Shown in pieces: positions 7,316-14,975 of a DNA stretch of 32,000 nucleotides. The DNA is taken from contig JBEKXS010000001.1 of NCBI GenBank assembly GCA_049511795.1, positions 300,001 through 332,000 on the forward strand, written 5' to 3'. The position numbers and the translations under genes were made by a program. Each line of letters starts with the position of its first letter. Position 1 is the first letter of the stretch. The notes below the pieces were generated by a model that was given only the letters and a program-made list of their open reading frames with translations, ran no database searches and was not told where the DNA came from. The DNA is from Candidatus Saccharimonadota bacterium. Lineage in GTDB: Archaea; Nanobdellota; Nanobdellia; Pacearchaeales; GW2011-AR1.

Positions 7316-7687
7316 TTGAGTAAGAGAATTTACGTTGGAAATCTGCCATGGAGCATAACTTATGAAAAGCTTAAGGTTCTTTTTTCTTCTTTTGGCGAAA
7401 TTGAACAAGCTTTGGTCATAGCTAACAGGGAAACCGGAAGATCCAGGGGTTTCGGATTTGTCACATTCAAAGATGATAAAGCAGCAGATACTGCAATAAA
7501 AGAAATGAGCAACAAGGAAGTTGAAGGAAGAGTTCTTGTTGTAAAAGAAGCAACTCCTATGGGAGAAAAGTCTGAAGAAAAAAGGGAAATAAGAGAAGAG
7601 GTTACTGAAGAAAAACCTCGCAAAGCCAGAAAAAGAAAAGAGAAAAAAGAAGAAAAACCAGATGAGGGGTCATTTGCAGAAGAGTAA
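7316..7687 (+). CDS. RRM (RNP-type) RNA-binding protein with a K/E-rich C-terminal tail
   Basis: RNP-2 IYVGNL and RNP-1 RGFGFVTF are both present. TTG start, with GGAGG at 7306-7310 five nt upstream. The tail reads KSEEKREIREEVTEEKPRKARKRKEKKEEK. Confidence 0.85.
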   Translation: MSKRIYVGNLPWSITYEKLKVLFSSFGEIEQALVIANRETGRSRGFGFVTFKDDKAADTAIKEMSNKEVEGRVLVVKEATPMGEKSEEKREIREEVTEEKPRKARKRKEKKEEKPDEGSFAEE

Positions 7688-7834
7688 TTACTTTTTTTGT
7701 TTTTTTGTTAATTCTTTTTGGTTTATGAAAATAATCACTACAGCCGGAATAAGAAAAAGCCAGCTGACTAAAAAGCTAAGGGCAATTGATGCAAGTCCTA
7801 GCAATGAATAAAAAACTACTTTAGAATTTACCAT
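7688..7834 (-). CDS. Possible small single-pass membrane protein (48 aa; below the ORF-track cut-off)
   Basis: Manual translation: MVNSKVVFYSLLGLASIALSFLVSWLFLIPAVVIIFINQKELTKKQKK. The ATG overlaps the stop of the upstream minus-strand ORF (ATGGTAAATTCTAA). Confidence 0.3.
   Translation of the reverse strand: MVNSKVVFYSLLGLASIALSFLVSWLFLIPAVVIIFINQKELTKKQKK
7692..7707. terminator. Oligo-T/oligo-A tract between convergent genes (putative archaeal intrinsic terminator for the RRM gene)
   Basis: TTTTTTTGTTTTTTTG lies immediately after the RRM stop codon. Confidence 0.35.
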
Positions 7835-8153
7835 ATTTTGTGTACTCCTCAAGATGATGGTCTCTATGGAATTTTATTGCATCTTTAGATAAAAAATGAT
7901 AATTCACTAAGCAACAGTCATCTTCTTCTATAGATGATGGCAATAACCTTGGACCTCTGCCATCCACCATACCTATGTTTTTCATATGGGTAAAGTGTTT
8001 ATAGTCTTCTCTTATCATTGGTTCTGGGAACTCTGGAGTTCTTTTAGAAATTGCTTCATCCAATAAGATTGTAATATCTTCGATAATCTCATCTGGTCTA
8101 AAAGCGGATGATACTTTACTCAGTCCCTCTTGTTGTGTTCTTGTAAAAACCAC
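7821..8153 (-). CDS. Hypothetical protein
   Basis: 110 aa ORF with a GTG start, co-directional and 38 nt downstream of the ogt-like gene. No recognised motif. Confidence 0.45.
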   Translation of the reverse strand: MVFTRTQQEGLSKVSSAFRPDEIIEDITILLDEAISKRTPEFPEPMIREDYKHFTHMKNIGMVDGRGPRLLPSSIEEDDCCLVNYHFLSKDAIKFHRDHHLEEYTKYGKF

Positions 8154-8191
8154 TAGAGGTTGTATTTCTTATAATTTAAATAATTTTGCAA

Positions 8192-8494
8192 CTAGAATTT
8201 GTAAATGTATTTTTTAAGGTCAATTTTTCCCTTGTTTATTTCAATTCCTTCTTTTTTTAGCATCTTTATTTTATTCTTTGTACCTGATGCAAAACCGCCG
8301 ACACTTCCATCATTTTTCACAACCCTGTGGCATGGAACTTCTGGAGCATAGGGGTTTTTGTTCATCGCGTTTCCAACAGCGCGATATGCGTTTGTATTTA
8401 ATGTTTTTGCAATAGTTTTGTAAGTTGTAACTTTCCCTTTAGGAACCTTTCTCAGGATTTTATAACAACGTTCGTTAAAACTTATTTCTGCCAT
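8192..8494 (-). CDS. ogt: Methylated-DNA--protein-cysteine methyltransferase (Ogt/MGMT), single DNA-binding/active-site domain
   Basis: The active-site motif PCHRVV is present, within ...TTYKTIAKTL...AYRAVGNAMNKNPYAPEVPCHRVVKNDGSVGGF. The start is taken at the internal ATG at 8494 (MAEISFNERCY...), which overlaps the HAD gene stop. Confidence 0.85.
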   Translation of the reverse strand: MAEISFNERCYKILRKVPKGKVTTYKTIAKTLNTNAYRAVGNAMNKNPYAPEVPCHRVVKNDGSVGGFASGTKNKIKMLKKEGIEINKGKIDLKKYIYKF

Positions 8495-9099
8495 TTTTTC
8501 AAATCTCTGATTGCCTGCTCTGTATTTTTGAAAAGAATCGCTTTCATTCCCAATCTTTTTGCAGGAGCAATATTCCATTTTTGATTGTCAATGAAAATAA
8601 CTTCTTCTGGTTTAAGTTTCAGCCTTTTTAATGTCAGATTGTAAATTTTAGGGTTTGGTTTCCTCATCCCAACATCGCATGAAACAACAACTGTGCTGAA
8701 ATTTTTGTAAAAAATAGGAAGAATTAGTGCTTTTTTGGAGAGGAGCCATTGATCAGAAAGAACAGCTGTTCTATAACCTTTATTCTTAAGACTTGATGCA
8801 AATTGCAGAAGTTTTTTATTTATAAGATAATTTTTTCTATAAGCAGTCATGTAAAGTTTTGTTAATTTTCTGGGTGTGATTTTCAGGTTTCTTGACATTG
8901 TCTTTATCGCTTTCTTCTCTGAAATTTTTCCCTCAATAGAGCTTGCATAAGCGGTGTCTATAGAATCAAAATACTGGTCAAGAGAAATTCCTAATTCTTT
9001 AGCAATAAAACTATGGACATGTGGGTGATTAAATCTTGGGTTTGGCAGTTGCAAAACTCCACCAACATCAAAAATGAATCCTTTAATTTTTTGTTTCAT
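8482..9099 (-). CDS. HAD-superfamily hydrolase (subfamily IA-like)
   Basis: Motif I is FIFDVGGVL. There is a cap region. A later motif reads VLSDQ...K...P and the late acidic motif is VIFIDNQ. Confidence 0.8.
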   Translation of the reverse strand: MKQKIKGFIFDVGGVLQLPNPRFNHPHVHSFIAKELGISLDQYFDSIDTAYASSIEGKISEKKAIKTMSRNLKITPRKLTKLYMTAYRKNYLINKKLLQFASSLKNKGYRTAVLSDQWLLSKKALILPIFYKNFSTVVVSCDVGMRKPNPKIYNLTLKRLKLKPEEVIFIDNQKWNIAPAKRLGMKAILFKNTEQAIRDLKKWQK

Positions 9100-9131
9100 G
9101 ATTAATTAAAATTAGTTTAACTTAAAAACTT

Positions 9132-9764
9132 TCACTCAAATCTGACAGAAATGCACCAAGGCTGGTTGTAAACTGATTTCAAAAGAGATTCTATATTCTT
9201 TTTCTTGCCTTCTATTACATAAGTGAATGTAACTGCCTGATCTTTTTTATTGAGATTTGTATTATAAAGATAAAATTCTGTGGTGTATTTACCTAAAATA
9301 TTCATTATTTTGTTTTTTGGAACAAGACCTTTTGTCTGGATTACTATCTTTCTTCTGTAAGAATTTATTGCATGTTTATCAAAATATTTATCAAAAAAAG
9401 CTACAATCCAAACCATAATGTATATTATTCCTGCACTGAGATACTCTCCTAATCCTATAGATAAACCAAAAATTGCGAAAAACCATATGCTTGCTGCCGT
9501 TGTAAAACCAAAAACCTTGTCAGATTCTTTTATCATAGCTCCTGCACCAAGGAAACCAATACCTGTTACAATTGCACCTAAAAGCCCTATACTATTCTGA
9601 ATTTGAAGGTCAACAGCTATTAAAGCAAGAGCGCATGAGCCTACTGCAATAAGTATAAATGTTCCAAAACCAACTGGCTTATGACTTTTCTGCCTATTGA
9701 AGCCATAGGCAAATGAAGCAAGAAAAACAATCAAAAATCTTATTAAAACTATTGTCTGATCCAT
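9132..9764 (-). CDS. MgtC/SapB family membrane protein
   Basis: 210 aa. The N-terminal multi-TM region has FAYGFNRQKSHKPVGFGTFILIAVGSCAL, resembling the MgtC signature. A soluble C-terminal domain follows. Confidence 0.7.
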   Translation of the reverse strand: MDQTIVLIRFLIVFLASFAYGFNRQKSHKPVGFGTFILIAVGSCALALIAVDLQIQNSIGLLGAIVTGIGFLGAGAMIKESDKVFGFTTAASIWFFAIFGLSIGLGEYLSAGIIYIMVWIVAFFDKYFDKHAINSYRRKIVIQTKGLVPKNKIMNILGKYTTEFYLYNTNLNKKDQAVTFTYVIEGKKKNIESLLKSVYNQPWCISVRFE

Positions 9765-9877
9765 TAATAAAAATAGTTAACTTGGTTTATAAAATTTTTT
9801 CAAATGTTTTAGTGACTAAATTAAAAAATTTATTTCACTTTCATTAAATTTAAATACCTACTTTTTTTAATGAACCG

Positions 9878-10342
9878 ATGAACAAGGGATTGGTGATAGG
9901 AATTTTAGTTGTTTTGGTTTTGGCTGCAGTTGTAGTTATCGCTACAAGATCAAACAGTACGGGAAGCACTATTGCAAACTCAAACACACAAAGTTCAACA
10001 AATTCTGCGGGTACTGGTTCTACAACAAGTATGAAATTCTCAGATAGCCCTTATTATCCATACCGTTACTTAATTTCAGGTGATACATTAAGCCCTGATG
10101 CACAAAATGCAATTACTGGTTTTAATTTAAGTAAGACATCAAATTCAGACGGCACAACAACTTATACACTTACTGCATTAAAGTCAGAATATGTAAGCCA
10201 AACATACACTTTACAGCCAGGACAAAGTCTTTATTTCATTGAAAGATCAATGGGGGATGACGACACTGCAGGAAATACAGATTATAATCTTGGTGATGAC
10301 ATGGCAGTTGTAGTTGATTCTAACGGAAATATAGTTCAATAA
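9878..10342 (+). CDS. Membrane-anchored extracellular protein, function unknown
   Basis: 154 aa. N-terminal TM (GLVIGILVVLVLAAVVVIA), an S/T/N-rich linker, then a beta-rich domain. Confidence 0.6.
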   Translation: MNKGLVIGILVVLVLAAVVVIATRSNSTGSTIANSNTQSSTNSAGTGSTTSMKFSDSPYYPYRYLISGDTLSPDAQNAITGFNLSKTSNSDGTTTYTLTALKSEYVSQTYTLQPGQSLYFIERSMGDDDTAGNTDYNLGDDMAVVVDSNGNIVQ

Positions 10343-10346
10343 AAAG

Positions 10347-10715
10347 ATGAGAAATGAAGCGATAAGGCATTATCTAACAGTATATGCAGCTGCTTTCATA
10401 TTCATTGTCTTTGGATTGTGGGAAATAATAAATCCTGTTTACTGGTCTGGTTTTGTTCCTTCTTTCATTTCAAAGGTTTTTACAAATGTTAATCTGCTTG
10501 TTGAAATTCACGGAATTGTTTTAACCTTGCTTGGAATTTGTTTTGTTTTTGAATTTAAAAGAAAAATTGCCTCTGTTCTTGGGACATTAATTATGCTTGA
10601 TATTGTATTTTCCCTTTTCTTGGAGTCGGGCTTCAGCGACTTGCTTGTGAGAGATATAATTATAACAATATTAATTGTTTCAATATTTTTCGATGATTAC
10701 AAGAAAGATAATTAA
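10347..10715 (+). CDS. Integral membrane protein (about 4 TM)
   Basis: 122 aa, strongly hydrophobic. Starts 4 nt after the preceding gene. Confidence 0.6.
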   Translation: MRNEAIRHYLTVYAAAFIFIVFGLWEIINPVYWSGFVPSFISKVFTNVNLLVEIHGIVLTLLGICFVFEFKRKIASVLGTLIMLDIVFSLFLESGFSDLLVRDIIITILIVSIFFDDYKKDN

Positions 10716-10969
10716 TTTTGTTCAAATTTAAACAAATCAACTGTTTTTATTATTAACATTAAATAAATTAAAGTTGCAATTGCAAGTCCAATCATCCAAA
10801 CAAACACATTTGTAAATGTAAGCTCATCTAAGTTGGTCCATGGTGAAAAAATTGTGAATATAGCCATTACAACGTAAAAAGACAGGAAGATAAAAAATAT
10901 CTTTAATATAAGAAGAAGACTTAATTTGCTTTTATGAATAATATGGTGTCTTAAACTTTTTTTGGGCAT
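10712..10969 (-). CDS. Small membrane protein (2 TM)
   Basis: 85 aa with two hydrophobic spans. Convergent with the previous gene. Confidence 0.5.
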   Translation of the reverse strand: MPKKSLRHHIIHKSKLSLLLILKIFFIFLSFYVVMAIFTIFSPWTNLDELTFTNVFVWMIGLAIATLIYLMLIIKTVDLFKFEQN

Positions 10970-11045
10970 TTACATAACAGGCTGAATCATGATTTAAAGG
11001 TTTCTTAAAAGAAAAACTTAAAAAACAAAAGCACATTCTCTTAAC

Positions 11046-11204
11046 ATGGCAAACAAAAAAGACGAGTCTGGATTAGCAATACCTGCAGGATTATTCATTG
11101 GTATGGGTATTGGTTTCATGACAAATGACCTTGTTCCATGGATTTTCATAGGCTTAGGTGGCGGATTTCTTGGGATGTTGATTTCAAAACTAGTAAAGAA
11201 ATAG
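11046..11204 (+). CDS. Possible small glycine-zipper membrane protein (52 aa; below the ORF-track cut-off)
   Basis: Manual translation: MANKKDESGLAIPAGLFIGMGIGFMTNDLVPWIFIGLGGGFLGMLISKLVKK. This is more protein-like than the overlapping 125-aa minus-strand ORF. Confidence 0.35.
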   Translation: MANKKDESGLAIPAGLFIGMGIGFMTNDLVPWIFIGLGGGFLGMLISKLVKK

Positions 11205-11236
11205 TTAAATAGAGATTTTTCTTGAATAATATTGAA

Positions 11237-11488
11237 ATGGGGCTTGATAGTATTACAAGTACAAGTGTTGGTTCTGGGGTTACTGAAGACCCAATGGTAA
11301 TTAGTCTTAGACATATAAAAGAATTTTATGGTGCAGGAATGAGTTCTGAAGAATTTGGGGAGTATGAAAATCGTGCTAGAGAAATGACTAGTCAAGGATA
11401 TGCAGATAGTTTAGGAATTTCTTATGAAGCACTTCGTCAACAAAATCTTATCCGAATTCTTGAACAAAAAACAATGGATATAGATTAA
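11237..11488 (+). CDS. Hypothetical protein
   Basis: 83 aa from the ATG at 11237 (the track lists a TTG at 11222). Acidic and helical. No motif recognised. Confidence 0.4.
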   Translation: MGLDSITSTSVGSGVTEDPMVISLRHIKEFYGAGMSSEEFGEYENRAREMTSQGYADSLGISYEALRQQNLIRILEQKTMDID

Positions 11489-11498
11489 AAAAGAGTAA

Positions 11499-12152
11499 TC
11501 AAAACCTCTCGCACCATTCACATCCTTCATGAGGGCATTCCCCATTCAATAGTTCAAGAGCTTTTTTCCATAAAAATTCTGCATTCTTAACATCTGTCTT
11601 CATTCTTTTCAGTGTTATGTCAAAAACAAATTCGCCTGTAGGAAGAACTTCTTTAGGAACATAGAACAAAAGGAAAGCGTAATCCTCTGTTTCATAGTCA
11701 TTTTTTCTTAGAAGAAAATTATAAATGTCAAGTTGGTCCTGGTAATGTTCATGCGTGTCTTCTTTCAGCTCAAATCCGCGGGTTTTGTAGTCAAGAACAA
11801 TTATTTTTTTTCCTTTCATAAGAAGATTATCTACAGCTCCATGGAGAATATTTCCTTTGGAATCCTGCCAAGAAATTCCTTTCAGGTTATTTCTCCAGAT
11901 TGTTAACTTCTCTTCGTCATCAAACAAAGTGCATCCTTCTTCTTTGCACTCACTTTTGTCCAGCTCAGGCGGCAATTGTCCTTTATCTCTGAATTTGTCA
12001 AAATGTGTCTTGAGTATTTTGTCCATTCCAGAAGGTAGGCTTGGAAAAATTCCAATAGGACGCTTCCAAACATTATGTTTGTCAAGCCAGAAACATCTTG
12101 GGCAGTCATTCATGAGAGAAATTGAAGATGGTGAAATGGAAAATGTTTTCAT
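11499..12152 (-). CDS. Cas4-like / RecB-family PD-(D/E)xK nuclease with a four-cysteine (Fe-S) signature
   Basis: N-terminal SPSSISLMNDCPRCFW, motif II HGAVDNL, motif III VLDYKT, QhxxY-like YQDQLDIYNFLL, and C-terminal CPHEGCEWC. The start is taken at the internal ATG (MKTFSISPSS...). Confidence 0.75.
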   Translation of the reverse strand: MKTFSISPSSISLMNDCPRCFWLDKHNVWKRPIGIFPSLPSGMDKILKTHFDKFRDKGQLPPELDKSECKEEGCTLFDDEEKLTIWRNNLKGISWQDSKGNILHGAVDNLLMKGKKIIVLDYKTRGFELKEDTHEHYQDQLDIYNFLLRKNDYETEDYAFLLFYVPKEVLPTGEFVFDITLKRMKTDVKNAEFLWKKALELLNGECPHEGCEWCERF

Positions 12153-12240
12153 CAAAAGAAAAACAGAAAGCAACTTATATAATTTTCTTACTGAGCAATT
12201 CAATAAAAAGGTTTTTAATTCAGATACTTTTGTTTAGATA

Positions 12241-12510
12241 ATGGATTTTATACTCAGCTTGCTTGAGGTGTCAATAGTTCTTGCGGTATTTGTATGGGGA
12301 GAAGTTTTGGTCAGATTTTTGCTTGGCTTCACAAGATGGACAGGAGACTTGATTGGATTTGGGATATTTATTTTTATTATTCTTATATTAAGTCTGTTCA
12401 GCCAAGAGGTTGCGCAGTTTATCCTTGACAAATTTGGGGAAAATGTTGCATGGATTTTCTTTGTTTTCGTGCTGATTGGGGCTTGGATAAATTATAGAAA
12501 GAAGTATTGA
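12241..12510 (+). CDS. Small membrane protein (about 3 TM)
   Basis: 89 aa, hydrophobic throughout. Confidence 0.5.
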   Translation: MDFILSLLEVSIVLAVFVWGEVLVRFLLGFTRWTGDLIGFGIFIFIILILSLFSQEVAQFILDKFGENVAWIFFVFVLIGAWINYRKKY

Positions 12511-12541
12511 TTACAGTTTTTCCTGGACTTTATTGAATAAA

Positions 12542-12907
12542 TTAATCAAAATCTAAAGATTTGAAGATTTTAATAACTCTGTTAATATCGTCTTTGCTTA
12601 AAGTCTTAAAAATTTCGGGTTTTTCTATTCTTAGTTTTTCTAATGCTTGAGGTAGAATAGTCATGGTTCCATTCTCTTTTATTTTAATATATGACTCAAA
12701 TTCTTCTTTATAATTTGGAGCGAATCTGTGACAGTTTCTACATAAGGTTATTAAATTATTTATATTATCTTTACCTTCAAAGACTAATGGTGTTATGTGA
12801 TGCACTTCTAGCTTATTACCAGTTTCATCATTTAACCGGCATTTTTGGCATGTAAATTTATCTCTTTTTAGTGCTTGTTTTCTTAAAGTTTGGTTTCTTG
12901 TTTTCAT
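12542..12907 (-). CDS. HNH endonuclease
   Basis: CQKCRLNDETGNKLEVHHITPLVFEGKDNINNLITLCRNCHRF shows CxxC...HH...N...N...CxxCH. The ATG at 12907 is one nucleotide after the xerA stop (TAA-A-ATG). Confidence 0.8.
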   Translation of the reverse strand: MKTRNQTLRKQALKRDKFTCQKCRLNDETGNKLEVHHITPLVFEGKDNINNLITLCRNCHRFAPNYKEEFESYIKIKENGTMTILPQALEKLRIEKPEIFKTLSKDDINRVIKIFKSLDFD

Positions 12908-12908
12908 T

Positions 12909-13736
12909 TTACAAACTATCAATCGGACTTTTTATTTTCTTTAATTCTTCCTGACTAATATGGGTGTAAATCTGTGTCGTGTTTAGGTCTGCATGGCCCA
13001 AAAGCTCTTGGATTTTCCTTATGTCTGTGTTATTTTCCAGAAGATGTGTTGCAAAGCTATGCCTTAATGTATGTGGGTGTACACTCTTTTTTATTCCTGC
13101 TTTCTGTGCTGATTTAACAACTATTTTTTGGATATTTCTGGAAGATAAAGGACCTTTTGCTCCTGTGAAAAGATATTCCTGGTTGTTTTCTTTCTGCATT
13201 TCTGCTTGTTTCTTTAGTCTTAATGCAAGAGTTTCTGGTATATTGAATGTTCTGTCTTTTCTTCCTTTTCCCTGCCTTATCTGACCTATGCCCTCTTCAA
13301 AGTTGATCTCTTTAATTTTCAGGCCTGTTAGCTCAGATACCCTCATTCCACAAGCGTAGAGCATTGAAATCATAAGTCTGCTTTTTTTGTTTTCTGTAGA
13401 ATCAATCAGTGCCTTGATCTCTTCTTTTGTAAGAACAGCTGGAATTTTTCTTTCTCTTTTTGGGCGTTTGATGTTCTCTGTTGGGTTTCTCTGGAAAACA
13501 ACAGAATAGGCATATTTTATTGCAGAAAGGAAAAGCACAATTGATGAAGATGTTTTGTCTGATAGATTTTGAGCCATAAATGCCTTAATGTCATCCTGAT
13601 CTATTGCCTCAGGGCTTTTATTTAAGAAATCCAGGAGTTTTTGATTTGCAGTTACATAGTTCCTAACTGTATAGTCTGAGTTCTTGGATATCTTTAATTC
13701 TGTTTCCAACTTTTTCAGAAACACTTCTTTTTCCAT
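12909..13736 (-). CDS. xerA: Tyrosine recombinase, XerA/XerCD-like
   Basis: 275 aa. An N-terminal SAM-like core-binding domain is followed by a catalytic domain with R (CGMRVSEL), HxxR (HTLRHSFATH), H (LLGHADL) and Y (TQIYTH). Confidence 0.9.
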   Translation of the reverse strand: MEKEVFLKKLETELKISKNSDYTVRNYVTANQKLLDFLNKSPEAIDQDDIKAFMAQNLSDKTSSSIVLFLSAIKYAYSVVFQRNPTENIKRPKRERKIPAVLTKEEIKALIDSTENKKSRLMISMLYACGMRVSELTGLKIKEINFEEGIGQIRQGKGRKDRTFNIPETLALRLKKQAEMQKENNQEYLFTGAKGPLSSRNIQKIVVKSAQKAGIKKSVHPHTLRHSFATHLLENNTDIRKIQELLGHADLNTTQIYTHISQEELKKIKSPIDSL

Positions 13737-13746
13737 GTATTTGCTA

Positions 13747-13812
13747 GTGCGAACTTATTTATAAAAAAGTGCTGTAATTATTGAGTTCGTACAATACATC
13801 TTGTGCGAAGTT
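13747..13812. promoter_or_regulatory. Three copies of a GTGCGAA(C/G)TT-like 10-mer around the xerA TATA box (candidate operator or recombinase-binding sites)
   Basis: GTGCGAACTT at 13747-13756. AGTTCGTAC at 13784-13792 is the inverted copy with one mismatch. GTGCGAAGTT at 13803-13812. TTATTTATAAAAAA lies between the first two. Confidence 0.35.
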
Positions 13813-13832
13813 TTACTAAGGAAATTTTGTTT

Positions 13833-14207
13833 TTAGATGAAAGGATCTCTTCCAACTCTTCTTCTTTTAATTTCTGCCGCTCTTTCGACTAATGATTTAT
13901 CTGAATTTTCTAATTCTGTTAACTTAGGTAAGCTTTGTGCACGTGCTTCAAGTGTTGATTTCTCAACTGCTGCATCATATCTCTTCCTAAATTCTGATTT
14001 AAGGTCAAGGGTATGAATATATTCTTTAACAAAAATTCTGTATTTTGGGTTTAGAGAAACTTGTGCCATTTCTTCTGGGGACATGCCTAAGCTAGGTAAA
14101 TCAACCCCTAATGAGCGATAATAATCAGCCCTTGATTCTGCAAATTTATTCCTTTTTATTGCCAATATCCTCATTATTCTCTTAAATTCTGGAGAGAGAT
14201 TATCCAT
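13833..14207 (-). CDS. Hypothetical helical protein
   Basis: 124 aa ORF, co-directional with and upstream of xerA. No motif recognised. Confidence 0.5.
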   Translation of the reverse strand: MDNLSPEFKRIMRILAIKRNKFAESRADYYRSLGVDLPSLGMSPEEMAQVSLNPKYRIFVKEYIHTLDLKSEFRKRYDAAVEKSTLEARAQSLPKLTELENSDKSLVERAAEIKRRRVGRDPFI

Positions 14208-14372
14208 AAAACACTGAAAAAGCTGAAGTTTTTAAGAATTTATATAATAAAAGAGACAGACTTCAAAGTATTCTGAAATAATTATGACCCTTCTTGTGCA
14301 ATTAGGTCATCTTAATGAAGACGTTGGAATAAAGTTAAAGTAAAATAAAAAACAAATTAGAGTAACTAGGAC

Positions 14373-14540
14373 TTATCTCTTTTTAGATCCGTAGTTTCTC
14401 ATGAGCTTGCCAATTCCCATTACTAGGAATGATAGGCCTATCAACCAACTTGATAGTGTTACTCCTATATCCAAATTGAGTAAAGGCAATAGCCACAATA
14501 CTCCAATAAGAGTAACAAGCCAGGCACTTAGTTTTGCCAT
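14373..14540 (-). CDS. Small two-TM membrane protein (55 aa; below the ORF-track cut-off)
   Basis: Manual translation: MAKLSAWLVTLIGVLWLLPLLNLDIGVTLSSWLIGLSFLVMGIGKLMRNYGSKKR. A GGAGGT Shine-Dalgarno (complement of 14551-14556) lies 10 nt upstream of the ATG. Confidence 0.45.
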   Translation of the reverse strand: MAKLSAWLVTLIGVLWLLPLLNLDIGVTLSSWLIGLSFLVMGIGKLMRNYGSKKR

Positions 14541-14776
14541 TTAAATTCATACCTCCTTTCGTTCAAGTTATAGGAAAAAAGAGATTATAAACATTTCGAA
14601 AGCTAGTGAAAAAGGTTGCAAAAATATATGAGAAAAAAGAGCAAAAAAACAGCATTTTCAGACTATTTTCAGGGAAAAGAGGGTTTGTCGACGGAATTTT
14701 AATATTTTGATGCAAATTTTTTGCAAGAATTTTTGTTTTGGGCGAGTTTTGTGCACTAAGGTTAGCTTTGTGCATA

Positions 14777-14889
14777 GGTGTTTAGAGGTCGCTGTTTGGT
14801 GTTTGTTGGAGTAGAGTGCTGTTTGATGATGTTTAAACAGGCTGTTTGGGGCTGTTTATAGGTGTTTTTTAAGACATTTTTGTCTGTTT
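14777..14889 (+). repeat. Iteron array: nine same-orientation copies of G[C/G/A]TGTTT (the last copy is TCTGTTT)
   Basis: Copies start at 14777, 14791, 14798, 14818, 14828, 14841, 14851, 14861 and 14883. Several are spaced about 10 bp apart. Nearby are a TTTGTGCA direct repeat (14748, 14767) and the palindrome TGCAAATTTTTTGCA (14711-14725). Confidence 0.65.
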
Positions 14890-14965
14890 TTGGAGTTTTG
14901 AAAAGGGTGTGGATAAAAATGGATTTTAGCTAAAAAATAGAGAATTTTCGTCGGGAAAAGAAAAG

Positions 14966-14975
14966 ATATTTAAAC
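14966..14975 (+). promoter_or_regulatory. Putative TATA box with a purine-rich BRE for the 14996 gene (leaderless)
   Basis: GGAAAAGAAAAGATATTTAAAC has its TATA-like element centred about 26 nt upstream of the ATG at 14996. Confidence 0.35.

Noticed and set aside
13747-13792. Inverted GTGCGAACT/AGTTCGTAC pair considered as the chromosomal dif site
   Set aside because: The arms are separated by 28 nt rather than the 6-8 nt central region of Xer core sites. It is reported only as a possible operator or accessory site.
14818-14860. Possible C/D-box sRNA, because of TGATGA at 14825-14830
   Set aside because: The residue preceding the box is not a purine as expected for RUGAUGA. No CUGA D or D' boxes or terminal stem were found. 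The segment is better explained as part of the iteron array.
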